Shown here: piece after piece, positions 22,001 through 33,493 of the stretch
How positions within the stretch are numbered: position 1 is the stretch's first letter
Layout: each line of letters opens with the position of its first letter
NCBI GenBank assembly: GCA_013115145.1
Contig: JAAPAO010000340.1
Span: 1 to 37,926, forward strand
Reading direction: 5' to 3'
Source: Perkinsus chesapeaki ATCC PRA-425
Taxonomy: Eukaryota; Protista; Perkinsozoa
DNA: 37,926 bases
Made by a program: the position numbers and the translations under genes
Notes under the pieces: generated by a model
Told to the model about the DNA's origin: nothing
The model's input: only the letters and a program-made list of their open reading frames with translations
Databases searched by the model: none

Positions 22001-25000
22001 GGCGACGTATGAAGAGGCTCAACTGCGCCGCTATCGACAACGCTGATCGCAGATTCTATTTTATTCGACAAAGATTGAAGACTCGTCCCGGAGTTCATCA
22101 CTTCCGCGACAGACAGACTGGCATCTACGAATTTGCACGCATGCGCACGCGAGCATATTTCAATTTTATCTCACCGAATTCCTTATTGATCTGCGCGGTT
22201 AGCAGAACAATGTTCAGACTCGACAAGCCCATAAGTGTCGTCTCGGAGGTCGGTGGCTCCCCCAGGATGCTTGTAAGGATTCGGACAACCTATCAGCCAT
22301 TGGTAAAGTCTACACCACTTCACGATCCAATCAGCGAAAGCCGAGAGCTAATTATGTCCTGGGCCTTCATCAATTTGTGCTGGCTTTTATTAATTAAAAA
22401 TAGGGAAGCTAATTCCTTAAAATTTTGAGAATTTGAATTCTTGGAATGGTCCAGTCATCATAGGATACTGTCACACATTTATAATAAACAATAATACTTA
22501 TGTGCTCTACCAAAGGTAGCATGCTCGACAGTAGGCCCTACTGAGCAGGAAATCTATTAATAGCGTTATCAATCAGTCGCTACGATCTTCATCGATCGAA
22601 ACGATTCATCAGTTACTTTTTATGTTATGAGGTGACTTGCTATAGATTCCTCGACCTCAATTCGACAAAGATACAAAATAGGTCAACAAGCATGCACCCA
22701 CCATTCACCTTATGTTCAACTGAATTGCCATTGTAACTGCTTTCATCGAGTATCTTTCGACCATCAACGCTTCCAGACGGGCTCACTTCCCCTCGTGAAG
22801 GAGTGTCGCTGCCACACGTCGATGAACTGGTATGACTTCCGACCATCATGTGCACTATAGGAGCTTCGATAGTATTACCGAAGGTCTCACTGAGCAGGAA
22901 AAATGACCGCGCGCCACAAAATTATTCCCACTTGATGCGACCGATATGCGTCCACCAGCAATCTTCGCAATACCAATTCCAAGGCTCATTGTAGAAGGTG
23001 TCCGAACAGCCGTATTTACTAGGATACCTAAATTGACATAATATCGAATCATCACGCTTCAACCTAAGATACTCTCCCAGCAGTGCGGAATGAATCCTAA
23101 GATTCAGTAAAACTGTAATAATCTCACTCCACACAAACACGCAGGTGTTGACGAGCCATAGATAACCCCCGTTCCCCTCCGAACACTACTGAAGCTTTCC
23201 GAAATGACCCAGAAAACTCCTTTTCATCTGATACCTTTCTCACTCGCTTTAGAAGCCCACCAATCGATTGAAAAAAGTATTGTGATAACCCCAGCATTTG
23301 TTGGGCGAGCTGGAGTGCTTTCATCGAACAAAGTTTCTAAAACTGCTGACCATCCTCCCAGTTTGTCAGTTCTAGAAATATTATATCCTCAATCCTTACA
23401 TTCTCCGGCATCGACTGCATGCCTTGTACTCTTCGGCAGCAGCAGCTCCACCACCATCATCATAACTCCTCCTGTCAACTTCACCCTTCTTGCACATCAA
23501 ACAATACACCCAATTCACTATCTTAACCATGGTCCAACAGGACCTAAAGAAGGAGCAACAACAACCTCAGAAAATGAATCGATATAGTCATCTACGATGA
23601 AGTCAAAACAGACAAGTTACCGAACCTCAAAGAAATCGGGGACTGAAAACGGGCAATGCTGCTGGAAAATATGTCCCACAACCAGAAGAACCTTCAAATA
23701 CAGATTTATAAAATAGTAAGTTTGAGAATCCAGGAATTGAGAGCTAGTGAATTTGCCGCGTCAACATCTCCAGTGAATACATATAATAATATAAATCATA
23801 CCGTATAGTGGCAACTGCCCGCACCCATTCAAACACCTATGTTAGAAAGGATAGAAATATCCCGAGAACTCCAAGAGACAACTCATAACCTCAATAACGA
23901 AATCCTTACTTCGACCTAAGATACTTATAAAGTTGCTCGAGATACCATCTCGACACTCCATCCACGCCCCATCTGCCGAAATATCCACCCCACATCTCTA
24001 CATCCTGCAGCAGCTGTGTCGGCCCTTGTACCAGTAAAGATACCGGCACCCAACAGAGGGCTCTGATGGGCTTACGACGACCAGACAGAAGTACGCCAAG
24101 CAAAGCCAGACCGCAATAGATGTACCACCCCAGAGGCCCGGGCACTTGCGTTAACAATATGCCGCCACCAAAACGACCAAATGGCACATAATAAGAGATA
24201 GTCTCCGCCACAGAGGGGTGAAGTAATGACGGAAGTATCCAAGGTAGAAGCGCGACTCTGCTGATGAAGGCTTTCAGGAATGCGATAGGGGACAGAGTAA
24301 ATAGTGTACAGATTGGCAATGCCAGGAGCATCTGAAAATTATTACATCTCAACTTGTCACTATGCCAGAAAATGTCTACGGTTCCATACATTCCTTCTCT
24401 AAGATGCCCTAAATGTTTCCTATCGTCAACCGTCATCATCCACACGCCTGCCCAGCGTCATCAATCAGCACCCAACGACGTGCACCCAAACATTCCCTCG
24501 ACGACCACAATTACTTCGCGATTGACAAAGCAAACTGAATTCTCACAAGAATTCACGAAAAATAAATATCTTGAGGGACTCTCCTCTAAAACCTTCGCAG
24601 TGCGTTCGGCAAAAGATACTCCGGAAGCCATAATGAACATCATGTCATTCAGGTTCTCCAACATAATTGTTCCGTCTCGCCTCACCATCAGTCCAGTCCC
24701 CTTTATCCTCCTATCCTCTATATCCTCCATGGTAGCCTTCCCTTTACGCTTCAGAGCCTCACTCATGTCCACCCGGCTCACGGACTCCACCAATAGCGGA
24801 CCCGACAACTTTCCTGTACCTTCGTTACGAGGCAACTCATAACTGAGAAGAAGAGAAAATAATAAAAACACTGAAATCCAGAAAGGATTTGTCAAACCAA
24901 TACGACTTCTATAGATGTGGACCTTCCTGGATCAAGTCAGTACGATTATGCCACTAAAGGCATTCATATGGTTATTATTAATTATAAAACAAAGCTTTCA

Positions 25001-28000
25001 CCAGCGGTCACTTTGACCTTTCTTACTTTGCCGGCAGTAAATGCAGGTGCTCCACGTCCATAAGAGGTATCCTACTCCTTACAGCAGCCAGCAGCCTACT
25101 GCCATTGATGCGGTCCTCACCGCTCGAATGGACGACAAAGAAGTGAAGCTCCCCTTTATAATTCACCACATGGCACTCCCGACCACCGAGCTCTTCGCTA
25201 AGTTCGTTCTGGATGATAACTGAAAGACTTTCCTACGGCAACGGATGCTCGAGAAAAAATAATCAATGCGAAACAACGGAATCTAGATTCGACTTCTCGA
25301 TGCTTTCGCATTACACCAACCACGCCAGCCCGGCAGTGTCCTAGGTGACAGCCATCTAGCACTAGTCCGTCAACCTATACTCTGGCCGAACAAAACATAG
25401 CATCCAAGTGCGCACTAGAGAGGATACCGCCTCATCAAAGATCCGCCAAAGATATCCGATACATGCCAGCTTTGATGATCAAATAAAGTAAGTGAACGGC
25501 AGCAGCTTTTCGTTAGGAGTTTTGTGAATCCTATCGGAAACCCGTCTGCCCTCAGGTAGGTCTCCCTCCTACCATCCATACATAAAATCTTATCGAACTA
25601 GTCTACACTTCCAGAGCAGAAAAGTAAATCTTAATAGGTTTATATTTTCATCTTAGTTGACCACATTTGTATACATAAATTAGATCGTAATTTATCGACT
25701 AAAACTATTTTCGAATATATCGAATATAATATATTTTTTTACTTCTATAACATACGCTATAATACTTTCCCATCTGCAGTGCCCTTACTCTTCCCGTCAC
25801 AAAACCCCAACATATCCATTTTCCCACGTAAATGTTTCCTCCTCACCTGTGTCGTGAAATGCTCCCCCCAACTTCACGAAATTGCCAAGTCGCCCGATGA
25901 ACTCAATTGTCTTGTCAGCGTTTATCCGCACCAGATCGTTCGTTCCTAGAATCATATGGCAGTCTCTAATGCACGCTTCAACCTACTATAGAATCTTATA
26001 CCACTCTTAACGATAAACTTTTCTCGGTTGTTTCGCTCCGCCTGTTCATCGCCATCAGCAGGAATATAATAACCATACGGAGTGACCATATCCCCTCCCA
26101 ACAGGAGCTCACCCATAATACACCCTCCCTGACAGACAGTACAAACTCCAACTCAAATGCTACTCCCCATCGATTCGGTTCATGTCAGCATTGAACAAAT
26201 GGCTATCTCAGATTACTCTCCAAGATTATCATCGATTTCTTTTACGAGCAATGTATATTTATCACATGCTTTAGGAGAATACACGCTCCTCGCAATTGGC
26301 AAGTCCAAACTCAGCTGCCCGGCGGCCGTAACCATCTCCCCCGAGCAACACAAACATTTTCAATAATACCGCGTTCTCTCCTTGAAGTTGCACTTCTAGG
26401 AGAAGCCATGTTCAGATTTCGATGAGAATCCCGGCAAGCAACCAGAGAGGGTTTTCAGGCGAAGCTACTTCATACCGATTTTTCCTCATCGATGCTATTT
26501 TCTTCACACCCCTCATATCAACCATCTTATAACCGAACATGATGGATAGAATTAACACAGTCGATTCATCCAACTCTTCTATATCAATCCTTCATCGAAT
26601 CCATTCGACCAGTTTTATCCTTTCATACCCCATCCCAATATAAATACGATCCTATCTATGATGATCCTCAATAATATACTATATCTATATTATCCTCAAT
26701 AATCTATATACACCATCCCCATATTCCCGTCAAAATGTGCTCCCAGAGGAAAATTAACTAAATTTTATCACCTCCGTGTTTATTATCATACTTCCTCCCC
26801 CCCCACTTCTACTACCTCTGGCGTATTATCATCAACATTATCAACATCAATCACCGCTCCATCAGTTACTTTGTATTTCGCATTAGTATCTCCTTTACTC
26901 CTTTTAGCGTAGAAGCTCAACCAGTACTCGCTCGCGATGAGAAGGTCAAGTAGTGTTATGTGATCAGCATCTACAGGGGTAGCACTAAGTCGACCTATTT
27001 AGTATCTTTCACGTCTACTAGTGATCCAAGTCGACTTATTTAGTACNNNNNNNNNNNNNNNNNNNNNNNNNNNNNNNNNNNNNNNNNNNNNNNNNNNNNN
27101 NNNNNNNNNNNNNNNNNNNNNNNNNNNNNNNNNNNNNNNNNAGTATCTTTCACGTCTACTAGTGATCCAAGTCGACCTATTTAGTATCTTTCACGTCTAC
27201 TAGTGATCCAAGTCGACCTATTTAGTATCTTTCACGTCTACTAGTGATCCAAGTCAACCTTTTAGTGTCTCTCACTAGTGATCCAAGTCGACCTATTTAG
27301 TATCTTTCACTAGTGATCCAAGTCATCCCCCCTGTCCTCCCTAATACCACTCCATTCATCAGCCAGTTCCTGACTCAACTTCTCCCCCCAAGATATCACC
27401 ACCAACTCCTTCCCATCCGCCACTCCGATTCTCTCAATAATATCATCTCTTCTCAACGTGCTCAAGACCGTCGGGACAAAGCCGCACACCAGGGTCCTTC
27501 TCCCACGGCTCAGTTTGCCGTGACCCAAACTCGCTAGCTCCATGAACCTCGCGGGATCTTTCTGAAGCGTATAATCGCTTCCTGGCAAAGCCACCATTCC
27601 GCCAAGAGAGATGCCTGAAGATGCACGTGAGCTAACCTCAAAAATATCTTTTCTATCATACCGATGCTCAGTATTCCATAAGCCGCCGATGACCAATGGA
27701 CCAATCCATTATGTAACATGCAGACGCTAGTGCCTTCTGGGATAAAATCGACAACTGTTCTTTTATAATGTACGAATTCATGGAGTACCTGAGGGAAGGC
27801 GCCGAGTGATGCTAAGTGGGGAATATACGGCTGAAAAGGGTCACGTAAGAAGAAGGCCCTGTCCAACGTTAGATATATACCCTTTTTAATTTTTATACCC
27901 TTAAATTTATAAAACCATTAATGACAGTCTAATCAGTCTTATACATTAATGAACGAGACTTCGCCGAGGGCCTAGCCAGTAACGTTTTCGCTTCACATCC

Positions 28001-29147
28001 ATCCTTGTGGTATCATGCTGACATATTCTCGAATTGGAGACCTTTACGCGAATCTCAACTGCTAAACCATCGATAGGATATCTCAATACATAAATAATTA
28101 TTATTATATATTAATACGCAGCCCACTGCTGGCCTCCCTCCCCAATACCCTTTATTACCATTCCGTGTGTAATAACAACACATTTGCTATAATTCACCGT
28201 AGTGGTACCTGATACCGCTCTCTCCTCTACGTTCCTTCAATTCCATATTACCCCCAGTAAAATGCAATCCTAATATAAGATCACGTCCACTTGGTATAAG
28301 CAGCTCCTCTTGCTCCTCCTCTCCAAGTGCCATCAGCCCATCCAGACTTTCAGCACCCGACATGCCTTCCCCTCGGACAGAAATATCTTCCACGATGATA
28401 ATGCACGGTTCAAGCTTCTCTCTAATATACGCATTCCTAATATCTTGTTGCTCTTTATTCGGCAAATCCGTGCCTATAATATGACTCTAATATACCTTTC
28501 CATCCAGCCCCTTACCCATAGCCGCCAGAGGCAGCCCCAGCGCAGCACAGGCCACATAGACCACATACCAGGTAACACTACGGTCCATATAACATGCTGA
28601 AAACAACTACTAGACGCTCTACGTAGGACGGCGCCTCGAACCCGCAATCATTTTCTGATAGTCGAACTGGGCAATGCCTCCTTTTTGTCGAAGTCTCCTC
28701 CTGATCCCCTTCGCCAGAGTCTCGGCTCGGCACCAAAGGTCGGCGTATCTAAGCTTGAAGAGTGTTAAAAGCTCATTAATAGTATATAAATATTAAATCA
28801 ATTTATCTTGGTTTAAATATTAAATCGCCACGACTCAGCCTTGACTTGAATATCTTCGAAAAGCTTTCCTAGCCCAACCATTCTAGCATTTGCATCATTG
28901 TCCATCAGAACATTGAACTACAACCCTCCCAGTACCCTCTCGACCCCTATCAATAGTTAAGTCACTTACGTCATGCAGTTAACAGGTCCTGTAGGGCTGC
29001 ATTCGAAAGCCGCTACCCTAAAAAGGCATTCCGGTAGGCACGGTGCGCTCCGTAAAAATACCTTTCCTTCATTTGAGATTCACTGGCATATTTCCGGAAC
29101 GTCTGAGCAACGTTGATTGGACCGTGACGGCCTTCGCTGATGTCCAT
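19010..29147 (-). CDS. NRPS-like single-module protein: adenylation - membrane/Cys-rich insert - carrier (T) - terminal condensation; roughly 1,600 aa by exon sum
   Basis: Phase-consistent exons: 29147-29062, 29017-28970, 28748-28642, 28596-28516, 28473-28252, 28208-28159, 27788-27662, 27614-27348, 26970-26816, 26125-25987, 25945-25847, 25219-25027, 24842-~24496, ~24447-23910, [23910-22880 not resolved], ~22881-22709, 22289-22175, 22124-21276, 21232-21180, 20816-20724, 20035-19881, 19380-19213, 19173-19098, 19051-19010 (stop). Motifs in order: MTYADL (A1), FTGGTTTVNYSK (A3), GELLLEG (A6), YRTNDL (A7), GRLGNFVKLGG (A8), LPRNEGTGKL (A10), GLSSL (T), IVKKHPSLRS and THLLSDG (C). Confidence 0.8.
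19440..19710 (-). mobile_element. Diverged SINE-like element in an NRPS intron (19880-19381)
   Basis: B-box-like GGTCGCAGGCTCGATCCCCAGG, internal (GCAC)n and a GCTTCGCTTGCTTCGC-AATTATAATT tail resembling the tail at ~14545-14580. Confidence 0.45.
20200..20450 (-). mobile_element. tRNA-derived SINE-like element in an NRPS intron (20723-20036)
   Basis: GTCGTGGGTTCGAATCCCACAGGCTGCA plus a body matching 14331-14560. Confidence 0.65.
22060..22730 (-). other. Phosphopantetheine carrier (T/PCP/ACP) domain
   Basis: SVEHK|VVRILTSILGEPPTSETTLMGLSSLNIVLLTAQINKEF|DASLSVAEVMNSGTSLQSLSNKIE has carrier helix spacing with the attachment Ser in GLSSL. Confidence 0.75.
24800..29147 (-). other. Adenylation (AMP-binding) domain exons of the NRPS-like gene
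   Basis: A1-A10 core motifs are recovered in the correct order across 13 exons; also VISWGEKLSQELADEW and LLDLLIASEYWL. Confidence 0.88.
26987..27324. repeat. 41-bp minisatellite spanning an assembly gap (N 27047-27141), inside an NRPS intron
   Basis: Unit agtatctttcacgtctactagtgatccaagtcgacctattt occurs on both sides of the N run; terminal units are shortened to 35 bp. Confidence 0.95.
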
Positions 29148-29264
29148 TTGAGGAGGGGGAGGAGGAGTGAGTAACAGATGCCGCGATAATCCCAACTCGG
29201 GCGCGCGCTTTTCTTTCGCACTCACGCGGTTTTAGACAAATTATGGTACGAAGTCTCCTCCAAA

Positions 29265-29470
29265 ATGTTTGAAGTGCTTCTCACTGGAATTGGCGTATTT
29301 GTTTTCGGTGTTACTCAAGGCATCTCAGCTGGATACGAAATCAAACGCCCCTTTCGGGTTTTTGGTAACAAATTGGAGAGAGCGGTATGAAAGTCACGTT
29401 AGGTTTCACCGGCCTACTAGCCGCGCTCAGCTGGAGGGAGCTTCGAATTGGAACGCACACAAAACGTAAG
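29265..29470 (+). CDS. Possible small secreted protein, divergent from the NRPS-like gene (3' end unresolved)
   Basis: MFEVLLTGIGVFVFGVTQGISAGYEIKRPFRVFGNKLERA|gtatga...ctag|PRSAGGSFELERTQN|gtaagg; hydrophobic N-terminus. Confidence 0.28.
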
Positions 29471-30884
29471 GATGCTCGCTGGCTCGGTGAAGCTTTAGAG
29501 TCCAGCAGGAAGATGTTGAAAAATGATGGCTTGTGATGAAACTATTTCCGATGTCATACTTCCTTTTCCACAAATTGGCCTTCGTTGACACTATATCGAC
29601 CCAAAAGCTCTATCTAGAAATATCTACAAGAAATTGATAAATAAGCGACCTATACAGCAACAAGTTGCCGATGGCCCGACCGAAAATGCCTCTATTTCGA
29701 TGGAACCTATTTACTGCAATCCTTCCCATTCAGTTGAACGGCACACCTGGACCCTGCGTGGCCGTACCAGTGAATACTTTGACGACAGTGTCGCTGTATC
29801 CTCGCCTACCTATTTGGTGGATAATCTACCGGTAAGAATGTTAGCACATAATTGGTCAAGTGAAATGTAGGCAAAAACCAAACTATCACCTAGTTCGAGG
29901 CGAGGTTAATAGATATCTTTTCAACAAACTTCATGCTTCCGAAAGTCGCCTTGATAGAGCTTCACCTGTTGCCTTAAATTCGCTACTGAAACTAGAAGAT
30001 CTCATAGATTCCTCCGCGCCACTTTTGAGAACTAAGTCTTTTTAGAAGGTCGTTGGAGGCTTCGGAGGACCAAAACGAAGAGCAATAGGTTTAACACACA
30101 TCTCTGAATAAAGCTCAGAAAGCAATATCCTTATTAAGATATTTGATTTGTTATTAATGTATTATTTATATTACTACTCGCCGGCGGGGTGTCATAAAGC
30201 AACATCTGAAACTCCCTGCTTCCGCCTAGAGACATATGTCCTAGTGAACCTTCCAGCTCATATCTGGGTAACTTAATCACTATTCTTGTCGTCATATCAT
30301 TAACAATATCATGATCCAATTATTATTATTGGTTATATATCTTTGATCAGGTATATGTCCTAGCTTTCTGCCTTCCCTTTACCACTGTGGGAGGAGGTGT
30401 GTGGCTGATACGAAGACCTAAAGTGTTTGCTGATTGGGCCAGGAGGACTAAGATAAGATATAGACGATTATTTATTAAAAAGTGGAATGGTGACGACAGA
30501 TGATGAGCATGTCACGTTTCTGAGGATCTCTGCGATCTGTGTTAAACGTCAGTTCGGGACGGTCGCTGAACAGTTGAACCATGGCGAGTCACATCAAACC
30601 AGACGGGCCTCGACGAGCAAGGACGGCCCCGATTCGCCGGGGTGGCGCTCAACAATCAGTTCAAGTGGTGTTCGTGATGATCATTATTTTCTGGTTTATA
30701 CTGCGGAAGACCGTCCTAAGCAGCTATACGGAGTCCCATAAAGAGATGAGCTTAATCGTTTCGCTGATACTACTAATCGGGTTGCTCGCCAAACGATTTG
30801 GTTACATTTAAGTCTCTATTGTTTCGGCTCGTTTTCGTTGTAACAGTAAAGTGGGGTTAGCCAAATCCGACAGGTTTTTCGAAA

Positions 30885-31380
30885 ATGTTCCCTCCGAGTC
30901 ACGTGGCCAACTGCATCCTCCGCAAGTCGCTCTCTCCTGTGATCACCCGAGGCTTCGCCATCTACAGGTAAATTGTGTCGCGCTGTCCCCTTCAAGTGTC
31001 CACAGGACCCCTGCCCCAAGCGTGGCTGGAATCCTAGAAGTTCGTCAAACATTACGTATATCGCCCCGCCTGGCCGGGCTCGCCGCTGCCTTCGATAAGG
31101 TGCCGAAGGACGGTGACGGTGAGCTGCTGCTGCCTGCTCATCACTTCGATGTGTGCCTGTAGGCATCACCAGAGATGAGTTGCAGGAGATCAGCCCGTCT
31201 ACGCCTTCTGAGATCATGGACGCTGTATTCGAGCTGTTCGATAACTACCCGAAGGACAATAAGATATCCTACAACGAACTCTGTACGTTAATTAACCTAT
31301 CATATCGATTCCAATTTCTATCATGTGCGGTCCAATCGATACATCCTGCGATCTCCTCGAGTATCTTTGAGGTTGGCTGA
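30885..31380 (+). CDS. Small EF-hand-like protein with a possible mitochondrial presequence
   Basis: MFPPSHVANCILRKSLSPVITRGFAIY|R|TPAPSV...LAAAFDKVPKDGD|G|ITRDELQEISPSTPSEIMDAVFELFDNYPKDNKISYNEL; two EF-hand-like loops; 38- and 44-nt GT-AG introns. Confidence 0.55.
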
Positions 31381-33037
31381 AACCCTTCGGGCCCTACTTT
31401 GGTGATCGACGTTGCGATTAACTATTGATTCACAATCGGGGGTCTTTTCTTGTGCCAATGTGTCATGTCGTGAGTAGCGCTTGTATTAATGGTTTGAATA
31501 TATTATTACCAACTAGTCGACGATGCAGATTAATTTGCAAGAATCATCACCAGTCGACCAGCACCACTCAGCTTGGTCTTCTAGTAAATACTTCAGCCGG
31601 TCAGTTGTTGAGCAACGCCAGATCGTGGCAGAAAGATGGATTTTCCTTTTGGCTCTACCAAGACTCGGAATTGTATCTTTGGGAACCTATCTCAATAGGG
31701 CCGGATTGAACGCAGTAAATTATCGTTTGTCTCGTCTTTCAGGCACATATCTTTTACTACACGCTGAAGGTGTGACTGAAGCGGAGAGGTAAGTAGGATA
31801 GTACCTAACTTGAGGTAAGCGATCCGACTTCAGATCTGAGTTCACCTTTTCGATCTGTGATGCAAATGGAGACAATAAAGTGTCAAAGAGCGAGCTATCT
31901 GAGGTGACTATCACTTCCTGTATCCTTTGATGCTCCATGTTCTGTGATATCATTGTCCTCTTGTCGCCCTTCAACATTTCTATCAACACCTTGCGCGTGC
32001 GTACACCCAAATCGATCAAGATATGTCACCGTTATATGCCATACGACATTTGATGGATCGGAGAATATTGAACTCTGTTTAATAGTTGATACCGTATAAA
32101 AATATATGCAATGCATCAATTTGGTTGCATTCCTCAGGTAGTCGAGACGCTGGCTTACGCGAAGTCGAAGGACTGGAGCAAAGCAAAAGTGGGACAGCCG
32201 ACACAATATTGTGTTATTACGGACTCAGGATGTCTCCATTCGTATTGTAGCTGATGCTTTCGCTGAATCACATAAGGCGGATCTCGACATCCATGCATTC
32301 ACCAAATGGAGCCGTGGGAAGTCTGAGCAGGCTCAGGTGAACAGAAGCATCATCGACGGCTGCCATTCAAGTCCACGGTTTCAGGAATTCCACTCCTTGG
32401 TCACCGGGACCATATAGACGTTGTCATCTTTTATGTGTTATTAATGTAACTGTGTCAAGGTTGTGTTGAAAGTCACTGACTGCAAATAGTGTACCCGACC
32501 TTTGAGTCCTGACGAAAGGAATAACGCTATCCTTGGCAACTGTAATAGTGATCTTCTCTACAGAGCTTCATCGACTGACTTCAATACCAATCACCGTCTC
32601 CCTGGCGAATTCCCTCATCAAGAGTTCCAAGCAAACTAGCTCGTTAAAGGGGCCTCCGATCCGGAGTATGATGCCTTAGTCGTGCCCATATGAATTCTAA
32701 CTACGCGACTAGATTCCTCCGGGAGCCAAAACACGCGCGTGGAGGGGCGTCAGATACGCCTTCGCGAAGCCCTGCCCCCGATAGCAACATTAATTTTATC
32801 TATAACAACGCAAGTAATGAGATGCGAAGATCAGCCGAGAGGGGCTTTTAAGTGAAAAACAAAGGGAGCCACAAACTCATCCGGCCACTTGGGATTGTGT
32901 GTTCCTCATAGATTAAAGCATCTATGAGTATCATTATCACAGGGATACGGCTGTGACATATTGCATTCTGAAAAAAAGAATCGAGCACACTTTCTAGATT
33001 CACTCTTACTTTTCATACCAGCGACACTTCGCCTACC

Positions 33038-33493
33038 TTAAGCAGGAGTAAGTAAAATACCAAATACTTCGATCCAATGGAGCCCATGTGAGAACCCCCA
33101 CCAATCCTTGGGGTTTATTCCGAGCTTGTCGGACAACTCTATCAGATCCTTGTTATCTCTATCAAGATCCATTGTATACTTTGGCAAACTACCTTGCCAG
33201 TACCGAACATCATCACAAGTGATATTGTTCACGCCAGGAAGATCAAGGCGAGAAGCATGAATATCGACTCTGCCGTTGCGACCATTCGGGTTGGTCTCTC
33301 TAACATTCCAACGAAAGTAGTACTTCTCATTTCCACCAGAATAGACTCCACTTTCTGGCATAGGACCACAGCCTTTTTTCGACCCTAGTAGTTGAACGAG
33401 CATCATCAACAGCGCGCTGATCTTAAGAAGCTTCCTAACTTCAAGCCTCAACCATATAGCGGTACCGCTCGAGCGGGAGAGTGGAAAATTCAT
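33038..33493 (-). CDS. Intronless ~150-aa predicted secreted protein of unknown family
   Basis: Open 151 codons; hydrophobic LLKISALLMMLVQLLGS followed by a hydrophilic, beta-rich-looking body. True start uncertain. Confidence 0.55.
   Translation of the reverse strand: MNFPLSRSSGTAIWLRLEVRKLLKISALLMMLVQLLGSKKGCGPMPESGVYSGGNEKYYFRWNVRETNPNGRNGRVDIHASRLDLPGVNNITCDDVRYWQGSLPKYTMDLDRDNKDLIELSDKLGINPKDWWGFSHGLHWIEVFGILLTPA

Noticed and set aside
21325-22428. + strand ORFs of 162 and 188 aa
   Set aside because: Antisense to the T and C domain exons.
23204-24842. + strand ORFs 23204-23587 and 24354-24842
   Set aside because: Antisense to exons of the NRPS insert; no recognisable features.
25041-25223. 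+ strand ORF taken at first for a nested gene
   Set aside because: Antisense to NRPS exon 25219-25027, whose phases fit both neighbouring exons.
26987-27324. 41-bp direct repeats as a CRISPR array
   Set aside because: Units are contiguous with no unique spacers, sit in a eukaryotic intron, and there are no cas genes.
29550-30800. Several 60-85-aa ORFs on the + strand
   Set aside because: No phase-consistent gene model or recognisable domain.
30885-31380. EF-hands as the tail of a calcium-dependent protein kinase
   Set aside because: No kinase motifs (HRD, DFG, APE) found upstream.
31500-32450. Open stretches on the - strand (IDLGVRTRKVLIEML...)
   Set aside because: Frames switch and contain stops; could be a remnant, but cannot be identified.
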